From positions 1,659-65,658 of the forward strand of contig JAZRXZ010000182.1 in the NCBI GenBank assembly GCA_045600445.1: a stretch of DNA of 64,000 nt. Direction: 5' to 3'. Below, piece by piece: positions 1 through 16,768 of this stretch. The number at the start of each line of letters is the position of its first letter. Within the stretch, counting starts at the first letter, position 1. Under the pieces are notes generated by a model that worked only from the letters and a program-made list of their open reading frames with translations, made no database searches and was not told the DNA's origin. The translations under genes and the position numbers were made by a program. Source of the DNA: Bacteroidales bacterium (GTDB lineage: Bacteria > Bacteroidota > Bacteroidia > Bacteroidales > UBA3663).

Positions 1-4035
<4,035 letters not shown>

Positions 4036-4049
4036 GTTTTCTGTTTTTA

Positions 4050-4121
4050 CTCCATCAAAGAAATCAAAGGAAATCATTTCTGAAACAAAGCTTTTGATTT
4101 TCTATGATTTTTTTGATGGAG
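4050..4121. repeat. Intergenic imperfect inverted repeat (stem-loop) between the GH43-CE1 and GH31 genes
   Basis: ctccatcaaagaaatcaaaggaaatca ... tgattttctatgatttttttgatggag; the arms are built from short repeated units. Confidence 0.6.
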
Positions 4122-4142
4122 AATAAGATTTATAGAATATAC

Positions 4143-6815
<2,673 letters not shown>

Positions 6816-8768
6816 TTATTTCTTTGCAACAATAACAAATCCTCCGCGAGGCATCGTGGTGAATTTATTTTCATAATGTGTCACCGTTTCTCCCTCTTCT
6901 TTGGTGACCTTGCCTTTCTGAATCATCCAATACTTGGCAATTTCTTCCGGATCGGTCAGCGTCGTTGGCATCTGTGCAGGTACATCCCAAAACTTAGTCA
7001 CCTGCATACCGGCAAAGTCGGTCATATCGACTGAGAGTTCAAGCTGTTCATCAGTGCCATTGATACCTGCAATATACCAGGTTTCGCCACTGCGGCGAGC
7101 CATGACAACATGATGACCAGGATCGCCACTCAGGAGGCGCGTCTCGTCCCAGACAGAAGGTAGGTTCGAAAGGAAATCCTGAACCTCTTGTGGCTGGTTA
7201 AGATAAGACGACGGGCGATCGGCCAAATGCTGTAGACCTGACTCAAACAACACGGTCAATGCCAGTTCATGTGCATTCGTCGTGATGTGAGGGTGCTGCG
7301 AATCGGTGAACGTACAAGGCGTATAATCCATTGAGCCAATCACGTTACGAGTGAAAGGCAACGTAGCATTATGAGCCGCTGCACGATCAGTGAGTATTGG
7401 CAGGTTGTTATACCACTCCGCACCATAGACAGCCTCAGTGCTGACGAGGTTAGGATAAGTACGGAACCAACCACGAGGGATAGTAGCGCCGTGGAAGTTG
7501 ACCAGCAAGTGATGACGAGCAGCACTCTCCAAAAGGTCGATGCAGTAGTTCATCGTCGCCTCACGATCCCCCTGGAAGAAGTCAATCTTCACACCGGCAA
7601 TGCCATGATCCTCGCACCACTGGAACTCAGCCTCACGCTTCTCAGGGTCATTGAGACGATACTTCGGTCCTGGCGCCCAGTCAATCCATGCGGTGGTAGA
7701 GTTATACCAGATGAGAGGCTTGACGCCTTTCTCCTTGGCATAATTGAGTGCATCCTCGATGGTGCCGCCATTACCCATCTCGTCCCACTCTGCATCGATG
7801 AGCATGTAGGGGAGGTTGAGTTGTGCAGCCATATCGATGTAGTCGCACACGATCTTATAATCATTCGAGCCGTGGTTGTACGCCCAGTAAATCCAAGAAA
7901 CAACGCCAGGCTTAATCCAGGAAGTATCTTCATAAACACATGGCTGAGCAAGGTCGGTGATCAATGTAGACTCACCCACATCTGCAAGACTTCCTACGAT
8001 GAGTACGCGCCAAGGAGTGGTCCAACCTGTCTGCACCTGACTCTCCATAACATCTGGCTGAATGCGATAACCTTCTCCATCCACAGTAGTCGTATAGAAG
8101 CTCGATGCGCTATGACCTTTTTCTACATTCGACTCTGAAAGAAGAACATAAAGAGGCTCTGTTTCTCCTGCATGGCAAGGATTGAAGAGCGCAGGATACC
8201 CCCAATGATCACCCTCCTTCTCCTCAGGATTTTTCGGGAAGAAAGCCTCGTATGGCTCTGTCCACGGCTGCAACCAGCGCTGATATCCATTGTCAAAGTG
8301 GAACTGCAATGTAGTATTCTCTCCGAGTAAAGGCTGTGGCGTCTCATATCCCTCGCAAAGCACATAGCGGAAAGCCACGCCATCAGTATAGGTGCGCACC
8401 TCAAGGCGCTGCTTGTGCCCCTGGTCATCCTCGAGCATATAATCTACCTGCTGTCCCTCATTCTCGCAATGGAGCTTCTTGCCGATGAGCATGTCATACG
8501 ACTCATGGAGCTGCACAGGCTTGCTTGTCGAGGCCACTGTCCAGACGCTGGCACTATCCAATGGCGTGACTAGTCCCAGTCGAGTAACCTCTGCAAACGA
8601 TTTGCTCTGCTGATCTGATACATAACTCAAGATCAGTGTACTATGACCATCTGCTGCCGAATTATTGACCGCAACCTGCACAGGTGGAATATAATCCAGC
8701 TTCTCTGTGCAGGCAGAGAACAATATCGATCCTAATGCTAATGAATAAAAGAAGTTCTTCATACACAT
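6816..8768 (-). CDS. GH97 glycoside hydrolase, lipoprotein (retaining-type, alpha-galactosidase-like)
   Basis: Lipobox FSAC, then TPWR, WIKPG, IDAEWD, GVKIDFF, NFHG and MDYTP. The start may be 8762. Confidence 0.9.
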   Translation of the reverse strand: MCMKNFFYSLALGSILFSACTEKLDYIPPVQVAVNNSAADGHSTLILSYVSDQQSKSFAEVTRLGLVTPLDSASVWTVASTSKPVQLHESYDMLIGKKLHCENEGQQVDYMLEDDQGHKQRLEVRTYTDGVAFRYVLCEGYETPQPLLGENTTLQFHFDNGYQRWLQPWTEPYEAFFPKNPEEKEGDHWGYPALFNPCHAGETEPLYVLLSESNVEKGHSASSFYTTTVDGEGYRIQPDVMESQVQTGWTTPWRVLIVGSLADVGESTLITDLAQPCVYEDTSWIKPGVVSWIYWAYNHGSNDYKIVCDYIDMAAQLNLPYMLIDAEWDEMGNGGTIEDALNYAKEKGVKPLIWYNSTTAWIDWAPGPKYRLNDPEKREAEFQWCEDHGIAGVKIDFFQGDREATMNYCIDLLESAARHHLLVNFHGATIPRGWFRTYPNLVSTEAVYGAEWYNNLPILTDRAAAHNATLPFTRNVIGSMDYTPCTFTDSQHPHITTNAHELALTVLFESGLQHLADRPSSYLNQPQEVQDFLSNLPSVWDETRLLSGDPGHHVVMARRSGETWYIAGINGTDEQLELSVDMTDFAGMQVTKFWDVPAQMPTTLTDPEEIAKYWMIQKGKVTKEEGETVTHYENKFTTMPRGGFVIVAKK

Positions 8769-8798
8769 TATTTATAATATATAGGCTTTTCTCGCAGA

Positions 8799-11294
8799 TT
8801 ACATCTTTATGCGAAGCTGCTTGCCTTCGTATTGCACAGATTTCTGTGTACCATCAGGCAACTGCACATTGAACGTACGACTTTCAATCATTCCTTCGTA
8901 TGCTCCCTGGCGCTTACCAATGGTGAGAGTACGAGACTTGTCATTCCAACAGAGAGGGATCTCAGTAAACTTGCCTTCCTCATAGTTATAGTTATCGAAC
9001 TCATCCTCATACAAGACAAAAGAAGCGTCAGCACCAGGATAAACGCGGAGCGTCAGGCAATCCCAAGCCTTCTCGGTGGTGTATTGTACTTCAGGACCCA
9101 TTGGCACGATGCTACCAGCACGTACCATCAATGGAATTTCATCGAAACGAGTCGGATAAGAGATCTGCTGTCCGCCCTCATACTTTTTGCCAGAATACCA
9201 ATCATACCAACCAGCATCGGCAGGAAGATAGATATTCATCTCACGAGCCTCGGTAAAGTTGACCAGTTGCTTTCGCTCTGTTGCCTGATTGTTGGTATGA
9301 TTCCATCCTTCCATAGCACCGATATGTCCTTCGATCTCTGGAGTATATTGTGCATGAAGCACAGGCGCTACAAGGAAAGCATCGCCAAACATATACTCGC
9401 TGTTGAGATCCCATACCTGCTTATCCTTCGAGAAGTCCATCGCCAAAGCACGCATGAACGAACCTTGCTTGTGTGTCACTTGCCAAGAGGTACTATATAT
9501 ATAAGGTATAAGAGAATATCGCTGACGGATGCTCTTGGCAATGGCTTCATACACCACAGAACCAGGCTCTCCGAACTGCCAGATCTCGCGAGGAGCATCA
9601 GCGCCATGGCTTCGCATCATCGGACAGAATACTCCGAACTGCAACCAACGGACGTAAAGTTCCTGATAAAGCGGATTCTGTGCAGCTTTAAAGCCCGGGC
9701 CATTATATTTGGCACAGAAGAAACCGCCGAGGTCGGTATTCCAATGAGGCATACCGGTAAGATTGAAATTCAGACCTGCTGGAATCTGTGCACGGAAAGA
9801 CTCCCAGGAAGAACCGACGTCGCCTGTCCAGACATTCGAACCATAGCGCTGCTGGCCAATGAAGCCCGAGCGTGTGAGGATGAAGATTCGCTTGTTGGCA
9901 TTAGCAACATCGTTCTTGCCAAGCTCTTCGTTAGCAGCAATCTTTGCTTTCAGATTCTTGATCTCAGCACGATGACGGTCATAGACACCACCTACGCTCA
10001 GCAATGGAAAGGCATTGCGCACACGGCGCCACGATCCGATGCCGGTCTGCAGGTTAAGGTCTGAGTCTGGCCAATATAGATGATCAGGTTCGGTAGAGTC
10101 CATCCACCATCCGTCCATACCCAGACGGAAGATTCCCTGATTGAGATATTTCCAATAGACATCTCGAGCCACGCTCGAGTAAGGATTATAGACCATTACG
10201 CCCGAAGGATAATCCTCTTCCTTCGGTGGCCAGAGGGTACTGCCTGACTGAGGCCAGGTCTTGATCCCCCAAAGGAGATTATCTCCCTTGGCCTTGAGTT
10301 CACGATAAGGTTTAGTCTGTGGGCCGAAAGAGGCCCAGATAGAAATGACTTCATGCGCATTCATCGCATGTACCTCATCTACCATGCGCTGTGGATCAGG
10401 GAACTCGTCATTGAGGAACTCCATGGCATTCCAAAGATAATTCGATCCCCAGTACTGCCAGTCCTGAATGACACCATCGAGAGGTATTCCCAGTTCACGG
10501 TGACGGCGTACGACGCCTACCGTCTCATCCTGGCTCTTATAGCGTTCCTTGCTCTGGAAGAAACCGTATGTCCAGAGAGGGAACATGGGTACTTCGCCTG
10601 TAAGTTTGCGCAAACCGGCCACGGTGCCGTCCATCGAGCCGCCCCAGATGAAGTAATAGTCCATGCAGTCTCCTACCTCACTGGCAAAGGTAGTACCCTG
10701 CTCATTGTCTCTAAAAATGGTAGGAGAATAGTTGTCCCAGAACAATCCGTAGCCACGTACCGACTGGATCACAGGCGAAAAGTCCTCGGTATTGTTCTGA
10801 ATCATCTTCTTCTCAATGCCACGCTGCGACATCTTACCGCTCTGCGTCTGGCCCAAGCCATAGATAGCCTCATCAGCTCGCAACTTGAACGACTGTGTCA
10901 CAGCATAGCTAAGACGACCTGCATCATCGATCTGGCGGAAAGCCTCCGTCATTGGCAACTCACTCAGGAGCAACGTATCGCGCTTGTCGTAGAAGCTGAT
11001 AGCTCCTGTTGCCTCATCAATACGAACCGTCAGTTCACTACTCTTCAGCATCAGGTTCTTCTGCGAAACCTTAACTTTCTCAGGGTTTGCGATGACCGCG
11101 AAGCTGGGTAATTCCTCAACGGTCGAGTTCATCGGTTTCTTATGAACACGTACGATATTCGGAGCGTAGTAAGTGATCTGTACCTCATTTCCTTTTATAT
11201 AAGCAGTTAAGCCCTGGGGCATGACCTGATAGTCATGCGCCAAGGCTGATAATGTTGCAAAAAGAAATGATGTGATTAATGCAAGTCTTTTCAT
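8799..11294 (-). CDS. GH31 glycoside hydrolase (probable alpha-xylosidase)
   Basis: QSKERY, VIQDWQYW, WWMDSTEP, WTGD, RSHG and LYEDE; signal peptide. Confidence 0.9.
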   Translation of the reverse strand: MKRLALITSFLFATLSALAHDYQVMPQGLTAYIKGNEVQITYYAPNIVRVHKKPMNSTVEELPSFAVIANPEKVKVSQKNLMLKSSELTVRIDEATGAISFYDKRDTLLLSELPMTEAFRQIDDAGRLSYAVTQSFKLRADEAIYGLGQTQSGKMSQRGIEKKMIQNNTEDFSPVIQSVRGYGLFWDNYSPTIFRDNEQGTTFASEVGDCMDYYFIWGGSMDGTVAGLRKLTGEVPMFPLWTYGFFQSKERYKSQDETVGVVRRHRELGIPLDGVIQDWQYWGSNYLWNAMEFLNDEFPDPQRMVDEVHAMNAHEVISIWASFGPQTKPYRELKAKGDNLLWGIKTWPQSGSTLWPPKEEDYPSGVMVYNPYSSVARDVYWKYLNQGIFRLGMDGWWMDSTEPDHLYWPDSDLNLQTGIGSWRRVRNAFPLLSVGGVYDRHRAEIKNLKAKIAANEELGKNDVANANKRIFILTRSGFIGQQRYGSNVWTGDVGSSWESFRAQIPAGLNFNLTGMPHWNTDLGGFFCAKYNGPGFKAAQNPLYQELYVRWLQFGVFCPMMRSHGADAPREIWQFGEPGSVVYEAIAKSIRQRYSLIPYIYSTSWQVTHKQGSFMRALAMDFSKDKQVWDLNSEYMFGDAFLVAPVLHAQYTPEIEGHIGAMEGWNHTNNQATERKQLVNFTEAREMNIYLPADAGWYDWYSGKKYEGGQQISYPTRFDEIPLMVRAGSIVPMGPEVQYTTEKAWDCLTLRVYPGADASFVLYEDEFDNYNYEEGKFTEIPLCWNDKSRTLTIGKRQGAYEGMIESRTFNVQLPDGTQKSVQYEGKQLRIKM

Positions 11295-11312
11295 GTAGTT
11301 CGATTCTTCTTT

Positions 11313-12779
11313 TTAACGCTGCTTGAAGTTCCACTTAGCGTTGTCAGAGTTGAAGTCCCAGTTGGTAAGGGTTGGTGTGCTATCACCGATAGAGTAAAGC
11401 ACATACTTGGTATTGAGACCCTCCTGGCCAGGAATCTGCTTTGGCATAATGCGATAGGTACCATCGGTACACTGCTCGATACGCCAGAGCTGCTCGTTGG
11501 CACCAGTATACTCAGGAACGCTGATCACGTCACCCTCAGCAGTAGCAGCAAGTGCACGGTTGGTTCCCTCGATGCAGATCTTGAAGTAAGGTGCGCTCAG
11601 GTAGCCACCAGCCTCAGGAACAGCGGTGATGGTCCAGCGCTGGTGAGGACGGAACATATAGTCACCGATACGGATGTCGGTGTTACCTGCTGGCCAAGTA
11701 CCCTTCACCTCGTCAAGGGTCTGAACAGGCAATGACTTGATCGGCTCATTAGGGTCGATCTGCCAATGACGAGCACGCTCCTGCTGCTGACGCTGGAAAT
11801 CTACAGCCAACTCAAGGGCGTAGCCACGACGCTCCGACTCAATCATATATGTACCCTCCTTGAACTGCTCGCCAGCCACTGGCCAACCGTTCTTCCAGAG
11901 CAATGGGTGAATAGCTAAAGTGCTACGTCCACTCATATCATAGTCAGCCTCCCAGTGGAAAGAGGTAATCTCCACGCCCTCGTCCACGACAGTACGGCCA
12001 AAGTGACCAGCACCCGTCTTGCGATTACCTGCATAAACTACCATTTTACCACCACCAGCGAGCATGTCGCGACCTACATTATCAATATAAGGACCAGTGA
12101 CATTCTTCGAACGACCGACGACGATGTTGTAAGTTGAGTTCACTCCGTCGCAGCAAGTGCCATGGGTGCCAAGGAGGTAATACCAGCCATCACGATAGAG
12201 GAGGTCGGTTGCCTCACAGTCGATAGCGATATCCTTAGCGACATTGCCCTCGACACGCTTACCGGTCTTAGGATCAATCTCAATGATACGGATGTTGCCG
12301 AAATAAGTACCGTAGGAAACCCACATACGACCAGTAGTAGGGTCAAGCAGGATACCTGGGTCGATGGCATCGTTGTCCTCAAAACCATCCGATGCAGCTA
12401 CCTGCACAGCTTCAGTATACTTGAAGTCAGGATGATTAGGATCGAGATTCTTGTTCCACATAGTCAGGATGGTTCCATTGTGACGGCCACCGAGGCCACC
12501 GCCGGTTGCACCATAGACGATGAGGTAGTTGTTAGGACCCATCTTGATAGCATCAGGAGCAGCACCACCACCTGGGCGAGCCTCACGTGGCAGCGAAGTC
12601 CAAGTCCAACCGTCAGCTGTAACGAGGCCGCCACCGCCAGTGCCGTAAGTATACCACTTGCCATCGCACTCTACGAGAGTTGATGGGTCATGAATATAAG
12701 GAGTACCGATCTGAGCGTCGGCGGTATAGTATGCGAGAGTAGCGAGTGCCAATGTGGCAAAAACGTTCATCTTTTTCAT
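11313..12779 (-). CDS. GH43 glycoside hydrolase (arabinanase-like) with C-terminal ricin/beta-trefoil-like domain
   Basis: HDPS, DAIDPG, CEATD and GAGH motifs; C-terminal HQRW and EQLWRI (QxW-type) repeats. Confidence 0.82.
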   Translation of the reverse strand: MKKMNVFATLALATLAYYTADAQIGTPYIHDPSTLVECDGKWYTYGTGGGGLVTADGWTWTSLPREARPGGGAAPDAIKMGPNNYLIVYGATGGGLGGRHNGTILTMWNKNLDPNHPDFKYTEAVQVAASDGFEDNDAIDPGILLDPTTGRMWVSYGTYFGNIRIIEIDPKTGKRVEGNVAKDIAIDCEATDLLYRDGWYYLLGTHGTCCDGVNSTYNIVVGRSKNVTGPYIDNVGRDMLAGGGKMVVYAGNRKTGAGHFGRTVVDEGVEITSFHWEADYDMSGRSTLAIHPLLWKNGWPVAGEQFKEGTYMIESERRGYALELAVDFQRQQQERARHWQIDPNEPIKSLPVQTLDEVKGTWPAGNTDIRIGDYMFRPHQRWTITAVPEAGGYLSAPYFKICIEGTNRALAATAEGDVISVPEYTGANEQLWRIEQCTDGTYRIMPKQIPGQEGLNTKYVLYSIGDSTPTLTNWDFNSDNAKWNFKQR

Positions 12780-12830
12780 TGCTTACTTTCTTTTTTGCAG
12801 CGTACTCTTTATGAGTGCACATTAACAATC

Positions 12831-13601
12831 TTATTTCTTCTTCACAGAGGTAGAGACGACACTATAACCCTTTACTGGATTACCCTTCTCGTCGATGATA
12901 CGCACACAGAAGTCGCTCATACCCGGACCGTTGATCACAGCACCACGGAGCACGTTAAGACCCTTCTTAAGTGTGAGGCGCTTCGACACACAGTCATCCT
13001 GCACCATACGACGGTCACCGCTGAGGATGAGAGCCTCCTCGCCATTGAGCCACCACATTGAGCCAGAGTTTGAGCCGATGGCCAGACGTACGTCCTGCAT
13101 CTCCTCTGGGCAGTCAATCACGGTAACAGCAAAGAAAATCACGCCATAGACCTGCTTGTCGAGGCCTGAAGCGAAACGGAAGAGCTTCACATTCTGGCGC
13201 TTGCTCTCCAACTCGTGCCACATCAGCTTCTCCTTCACCGTCTTCACGGTTGGTGGCTGTGGGTTACGATAGTCGAAGTTGGCAGGCATTTCCTCCACCT
13301 TGAAGGTAGCCGTTACCTTCTGGCCATTCTTTGGCATGATGGTAGCCTGATCCTTGAAATACTCCTGGGTCAGATGCTCACGCAGATAGCTATCTACGAA
13401 AGGAGTGTTCGAGCGGTTAGGCTTGCCCACGGGTTCGAGCAACATCCAGCGACGGATGAAGCCCTGGTCATCAGGAGTTGACACCTGAGTGGCTGCCACT
13501 TCATCAAAATAATCGGTCAACACTGGACCTTCGTGTTGAGCCATAGCCGACAGACCCATCATCAGGGCGGCGACTACGCTAAAAAATCTTTTGTTCTTCA
13601 T
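12831..13601 (-). CDS. Secreted PUL-associated protein with a beta-sandwich (PA14-like) C-terminus; function unverified
   Basis: Signal peptide and co-oriented within the operon. RLAIGSNSGSMWWLNG..LTLKKGLN is a PA14-like pattern. I see no GxSxG or GDSL catalytic motif. Confidence 0.65.
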   Translation of the reverse strand: MKNKRFFSVVAALMMGLSAMAQHEGPVLTDYFDEVAATQVSTPDDQGFIRRWMLLEPVGKPNRSNTPFVDSYLREHLTQEYFKDQATIMPKNGQKVTATFKVEEMPANFDYRNPQPPTVKTVKEKLMWHELESKRQNVKLFRFASGLDKQVYGVIFFAVTVIDCPEEMQDVRLAIGSNSGSMWWLNGEEALILSGDRRMVQDDCVSKRLTLKKGLNVLRGAVINGPGMSDFCVRIIDEKGNPVKGYSVVSTSVKKK

Positions 13602-13645
13602 AATTTAATAGGTAATGTTTTGTTGTAGTCCAAAAAAGTGAGTTG

Positions 13646-15655
13646 CTATTTTACCACCACACCGCCATCAGTAGGGATGACGACATCAAGTCCCTTCTTC
13701 AGCAGACTCTTAGTCACCTTGAGGGGCTTCATCTCATTTCCGACATAAAGACTTACCTCCTGGCCCTCAGCAAAGAGGCTAAGATCCAACTTCACCTTCA
13801 TCGGCTCACGATTCGCATTGATACCTGCGAGGTACCACTTGCCCTCGGTGTCCTGACGAGCCATGATGAGATATTTACCAGGATAGCCATCGACATACTT
13901 CATATCCTGCCAGAGTGTTGGCACGGTCTTCATGAAGTCAACGGCCCAAGCTGGAGCGTCGGTGAGGTTATTTGGAGTGAGTGCAAAATTCTGTACTGGT
14001 GTCTGGAAGAGCACAGCGGTAGCCAGAGCATAGACGTCCGAAGTCTTGCGGGTTGTGCCATGCTGATTGTCCTTCGAGTAGTGCTTATTGAGAGTTGAAC
14101 CACCGAAGTCCATGTTACCGATAGCATTGCGGAGGATTGGCAGGATGGTGCCAGCCACAGCCTCCATATCGTTATCATACTGGCCAAAGGCGAGGTTCTC
14201 ACTCACACGTGCAGCCTCACAAGCCACGAAGTTAGGGAACATACGCTCCCAGCCACGTGGGATGGTGCAACCGTGGAAGATGAGCATCAAACCAAACTCG
14301 TTAGCATCGACGAGCATATCCTCATACATCTGCATCGTCTGCTGCTTGTCCGAACCGATGAAGTCGATCTTGAGGCCCTTGATGCCCGCCTTCTGTAGCC
14401 AGGCCATCTCGCGACGACGGTCAAGCATGCGATGCATCTTGCCACGAGGTCCCTGAGGCGCATCGTTCCAGTATCCATTAGAGTTATACCACAGGAAGAG
14501 GCCTATTCCCTTCGTCGCCGCATACTTTGAGAGCTGCTCCATCTTCTCATAGCCGATGTTAGCATCCCACCAAGCATCAATCAGGACATACTGCCAGCCG
14601 AGGTCGGCAGCGAGATCGATATATTCCTTCTGCTCGTCGAAGTTACAGCTGGCATCCATGCGGATCACCCAGCTCCAGGTACTCTTGCCATACTTATATT
14701 CCTGCGAGGCTTCATACATTGGCTTCACAAGGTCCCACATGATGGTGGTCTCTGCTATCGGAGCCATGGTCTTGCCCACAGTGATGGTACGCCAAGGAGT
14801 ATAGCCTGGCAGCATGATACCTGGCTCAACGTTGCCAATGCCACCGAACTCAGTCATCTCTGGATAAGTCACCTTATACACATTGTCCTTGCATTCCAGA
14901 CGAGAGCCGCAATAGTTACCTGCCACATCGGTCTCACAGAGCATCACCCAGATATTCTCAGCTTCTGCTATCTGAGACTTCGGACCCTTTGTCTTAACTG
15001 TCGAGCCTTTCACCTTGAAGAGTGCAGGGAATGTGAATCCACGGCCGTGACCGTTCTTTCCCATCTCTCCATCGTACTCATAATAGGTCTCATAGCTTGG
15101 CGCGGTACGAGCAAAACCTGTCTGAGGAGTCATTTGAGGACAAAGGAAAGTCGTTGTTCTGGTTGGCATCACAAAGTCGGTCATCTCATCGGTTACCAGA
15201 CAAGCCACACGCTCATCCTGGCGAGGCTGTTTCTGACGATATACCATATAACGGAATGCTACGTTCTGGTTATCTACATGGAACTGGATGTCAACAGCAG
15301 GCTTACCATCTGACTCGAAGGTAAATGTCTGCTCATTGGCAGTATAAGAGATGTTACGCTTCTTGAGAGTGGCAATATCATAAGTATCGCTCACCTGCTT
15401 AACCTCACCTGCCTTGGCCAGCGAGAGACCCTGGGTAAAGTCTGCAATAGAGGTATTCAGGCCAAGATGAGAGTTCATAATCACAGTATCGTTGCCGAAA
15501 GTGACACAATACTGAGGACGACCGCCCTCGGCCATCGAAAGATGAACTTTCAGATTCCCGTCAGGACTGCTTACGATTTCATTTGCCGCCATCATATCAG
15601 AGGCAGATAGCATAGCTACAGCCGCAATAAAAGATACAGATTGGTATAGTTTCAT
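13646..15655 (-). CDS. GH97 glycoside hydrolase (retaining-type)
   Basis: SPDG N-terminus, TPWRT, IDAWWD, GLKIDF, IFHG and MDFGG. Confidence 0.9.
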   Translation of the reverse strand: MKLYQSVSFIAAVAMLSASDMMAANEIVSSPDGNLKVHLSMAEGGRPQYCVTFGNDTVIMNSHLGLNTSIADFTQGLSLAKAGEVKQVSDTYDIATLKKRNISYTANEQTFTFESDGKPAVDIQFHVDNQNVAFRYMVYRQKQPRQDERVACLVTDEMTDFVMPTRTTTFLCPQMTPQTGFARTAPSYETYYEYDGEMGKNGHGRGFTFPALFKVKGSTVKTKGPKSQIAEAENIWVMLCETDVAGNYCGSRLECKDNVYKVTYPEMTEFGGIGNVEPGIMLPGYTPWRTITVGKTMAPIAETTIMWDLVKPMYEASQEYKYGKSTWSWVIRMDASCNFDEQKEYIDLAADLGWQYVLIDAWWDANIGYEKMEQLSKYAATKGIGLFLWYNSNGYWNDAPQGPRGKMHRMLDRRREMAWLQKAGIKGLKIDFIGSDKQQTMQMYEDMLVDANEFGLMLIFHGCTIPRGWERMFPNFVACEAARVSENLAFGQYDNDMEAVAGTILPILRNAIGNMDFGGSTLNKHYSKDNQHGTTRKTSDVYALATAVLFQTPVQNFALTPNNLTDAPAWAVDFMKTVPTLWQDMKYVDGYPGKYLIMARQDTEGKWYLAGINANREPMKVKLDLSLFAEGQEVSLYVGNEMKPLKVTKSLLKKGLDVVIPTDGGVVVK

Positions 15656-15696
15656 GTGGTAATGTTTGTATTAGAAGTTCGTTCTTATTATCGGGG

Positions 15697-15728
15697 CAAA
15701 GATACAAAAAAATGCCATAAACACCAAA
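15697..15728 (-). promoter_or_regulatory. Bacteroidetes sigma70 promoter for the GH97...esterase operon
   Basis: Minus-strand TAtcTTTG (15697-15704), with TTTG (15725-15728) 20 bp upstream. Confidence 0.65.
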
Positions 15729-15829
15729 CATTCACTCCTTATTTTGTAGTTATTGTAGAAAAAACACACTGAAACCATATTTTTATAAAAGAAATCTTTC
15801 TTTTTGCTCAATTATTTCCAGATAATTAT

Positions 15830-15837
15830 TATCTTTG
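15830..15837 (+). promoter_or_regulatory. -7 promoter element for the M15 peptidase
   Basis: TAtcTTTG about 45 bp upstream of the ATG at 15881. Confidence 0.55.
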
Positions 15838-15880
15838 TACCCTAAAAAACAAACATTTGGCAAATCGTCTATGCTTGTCT

Positions 15881-16654
15881 ATGAACAGAATCACAAAACT
15901 AATTATCATTGTCAGCATGACACTCAGCACCATTGCATCATGCACCTCCCCTGCTCCCAAAGAGCAAAATCTGAAAGTGCAGGAAGAACCGATCATAGAT
16001 CCTGTATCAGTACCTATCCGAGAATATTATCCAGGAGATGAGGTTCCGGACGATTATCTGGAGCAATATGGCTGCGAGCAGTTCTTCCAGAACATCGCCA
16101 TCCCCGATACGATCTTTGCATTGATGCAAGGCAAAACTTACAAGGCCAACTGCACCATTCCGCGCGATGAACTACGCTACCTGCTCTGCCTGCACCGCGA
16201 CAAAGACAGCCGTGCATGGGTCGGCGAGATGATTGTAAATACCAGTATTGCCGATGATGTCCTCGACATCTTCCGCCAGCTCTTTGATGCAGCTTATCCG
16301 ATTGAGCGGATGCGTCTACCGGATTATTGGGATGCAGATGATGAGCGACAGATGACTGACGACAATTCTTCCGGATTCAATTTCCGCTTTGTCTCTCACA
16401 CCCATATTGTTTCAAAACATGGGCAAGGTACGGCCATAGACATCAATTCTCTCTACAATCCTTATCACAAAATCCTTGCAGATGGCACAGAAGTGATTGA
16501 GCCAGCCATCGGGAAACCGTACTTGGATCGCAGCAAAGACTTCGACTATAAAATCAAGAAAGGAGATCTATGCTATAGACTCTTCACTTCGAAAGGATTT
16601 TCATGGGGAGGTGACTGGTCGAACAGAAAAGACTATCAGCACTTTGAGCTTTGA
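15881..16654 (+). CDS. M15 family metallopeptidase (D-Ala-D-Ala carboxypeptidase-like), lipoprotein
   Basis: Lipobox IASC; NSSGFNFR, SKH..G.AIDIN and WGGDW..KDYQHFE zinc motifs. The start at 15881 is preferred over the track's 15857. Confidence 0.85.
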   Translation: MNRITKLIIIVSMTLSTIASCTSPAPKEQNLKVQEEPIIDPVSVPIREYYPGDEVPDDYLEQYGCEQFFQNIAIPDTIFALMQGKTYKANCTIPRDELRYLLCLHRDKDSRAWVGEMIVNTSIADDVLDIFRQLFDAAYPIERMRLPDYWDADDERQMTDDNSSGFNFRFVSHTHIVSKHGQGTAIDINSLYNPYHKILADGTEVIEPAIGKPYLDRSKDFDYKIKKGDLCYRLFTSKGFSWGGDWSNRKDYQHFEL

Positions 16655-16684
16655 TACACAAAGTACTGACAACAAATATCAAAA

Positions 16685-16738
16685 AACAAATATCACCAAT
16701 CTGCGTCGATATGATACGCCAGATTGGTGATATTTGTT
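16685..16738. terminator. Inverted repeat (probable bidirectional terminator) between convergent genes
   Basis: Perfect 19-bp arms aacaaatatcaccaatctg / cagattggtgatatttgtt. Confidence 0.7.
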
Positions 16739-16768
16739 ATTTGATTCTATGTACAGATGTACACTGAC

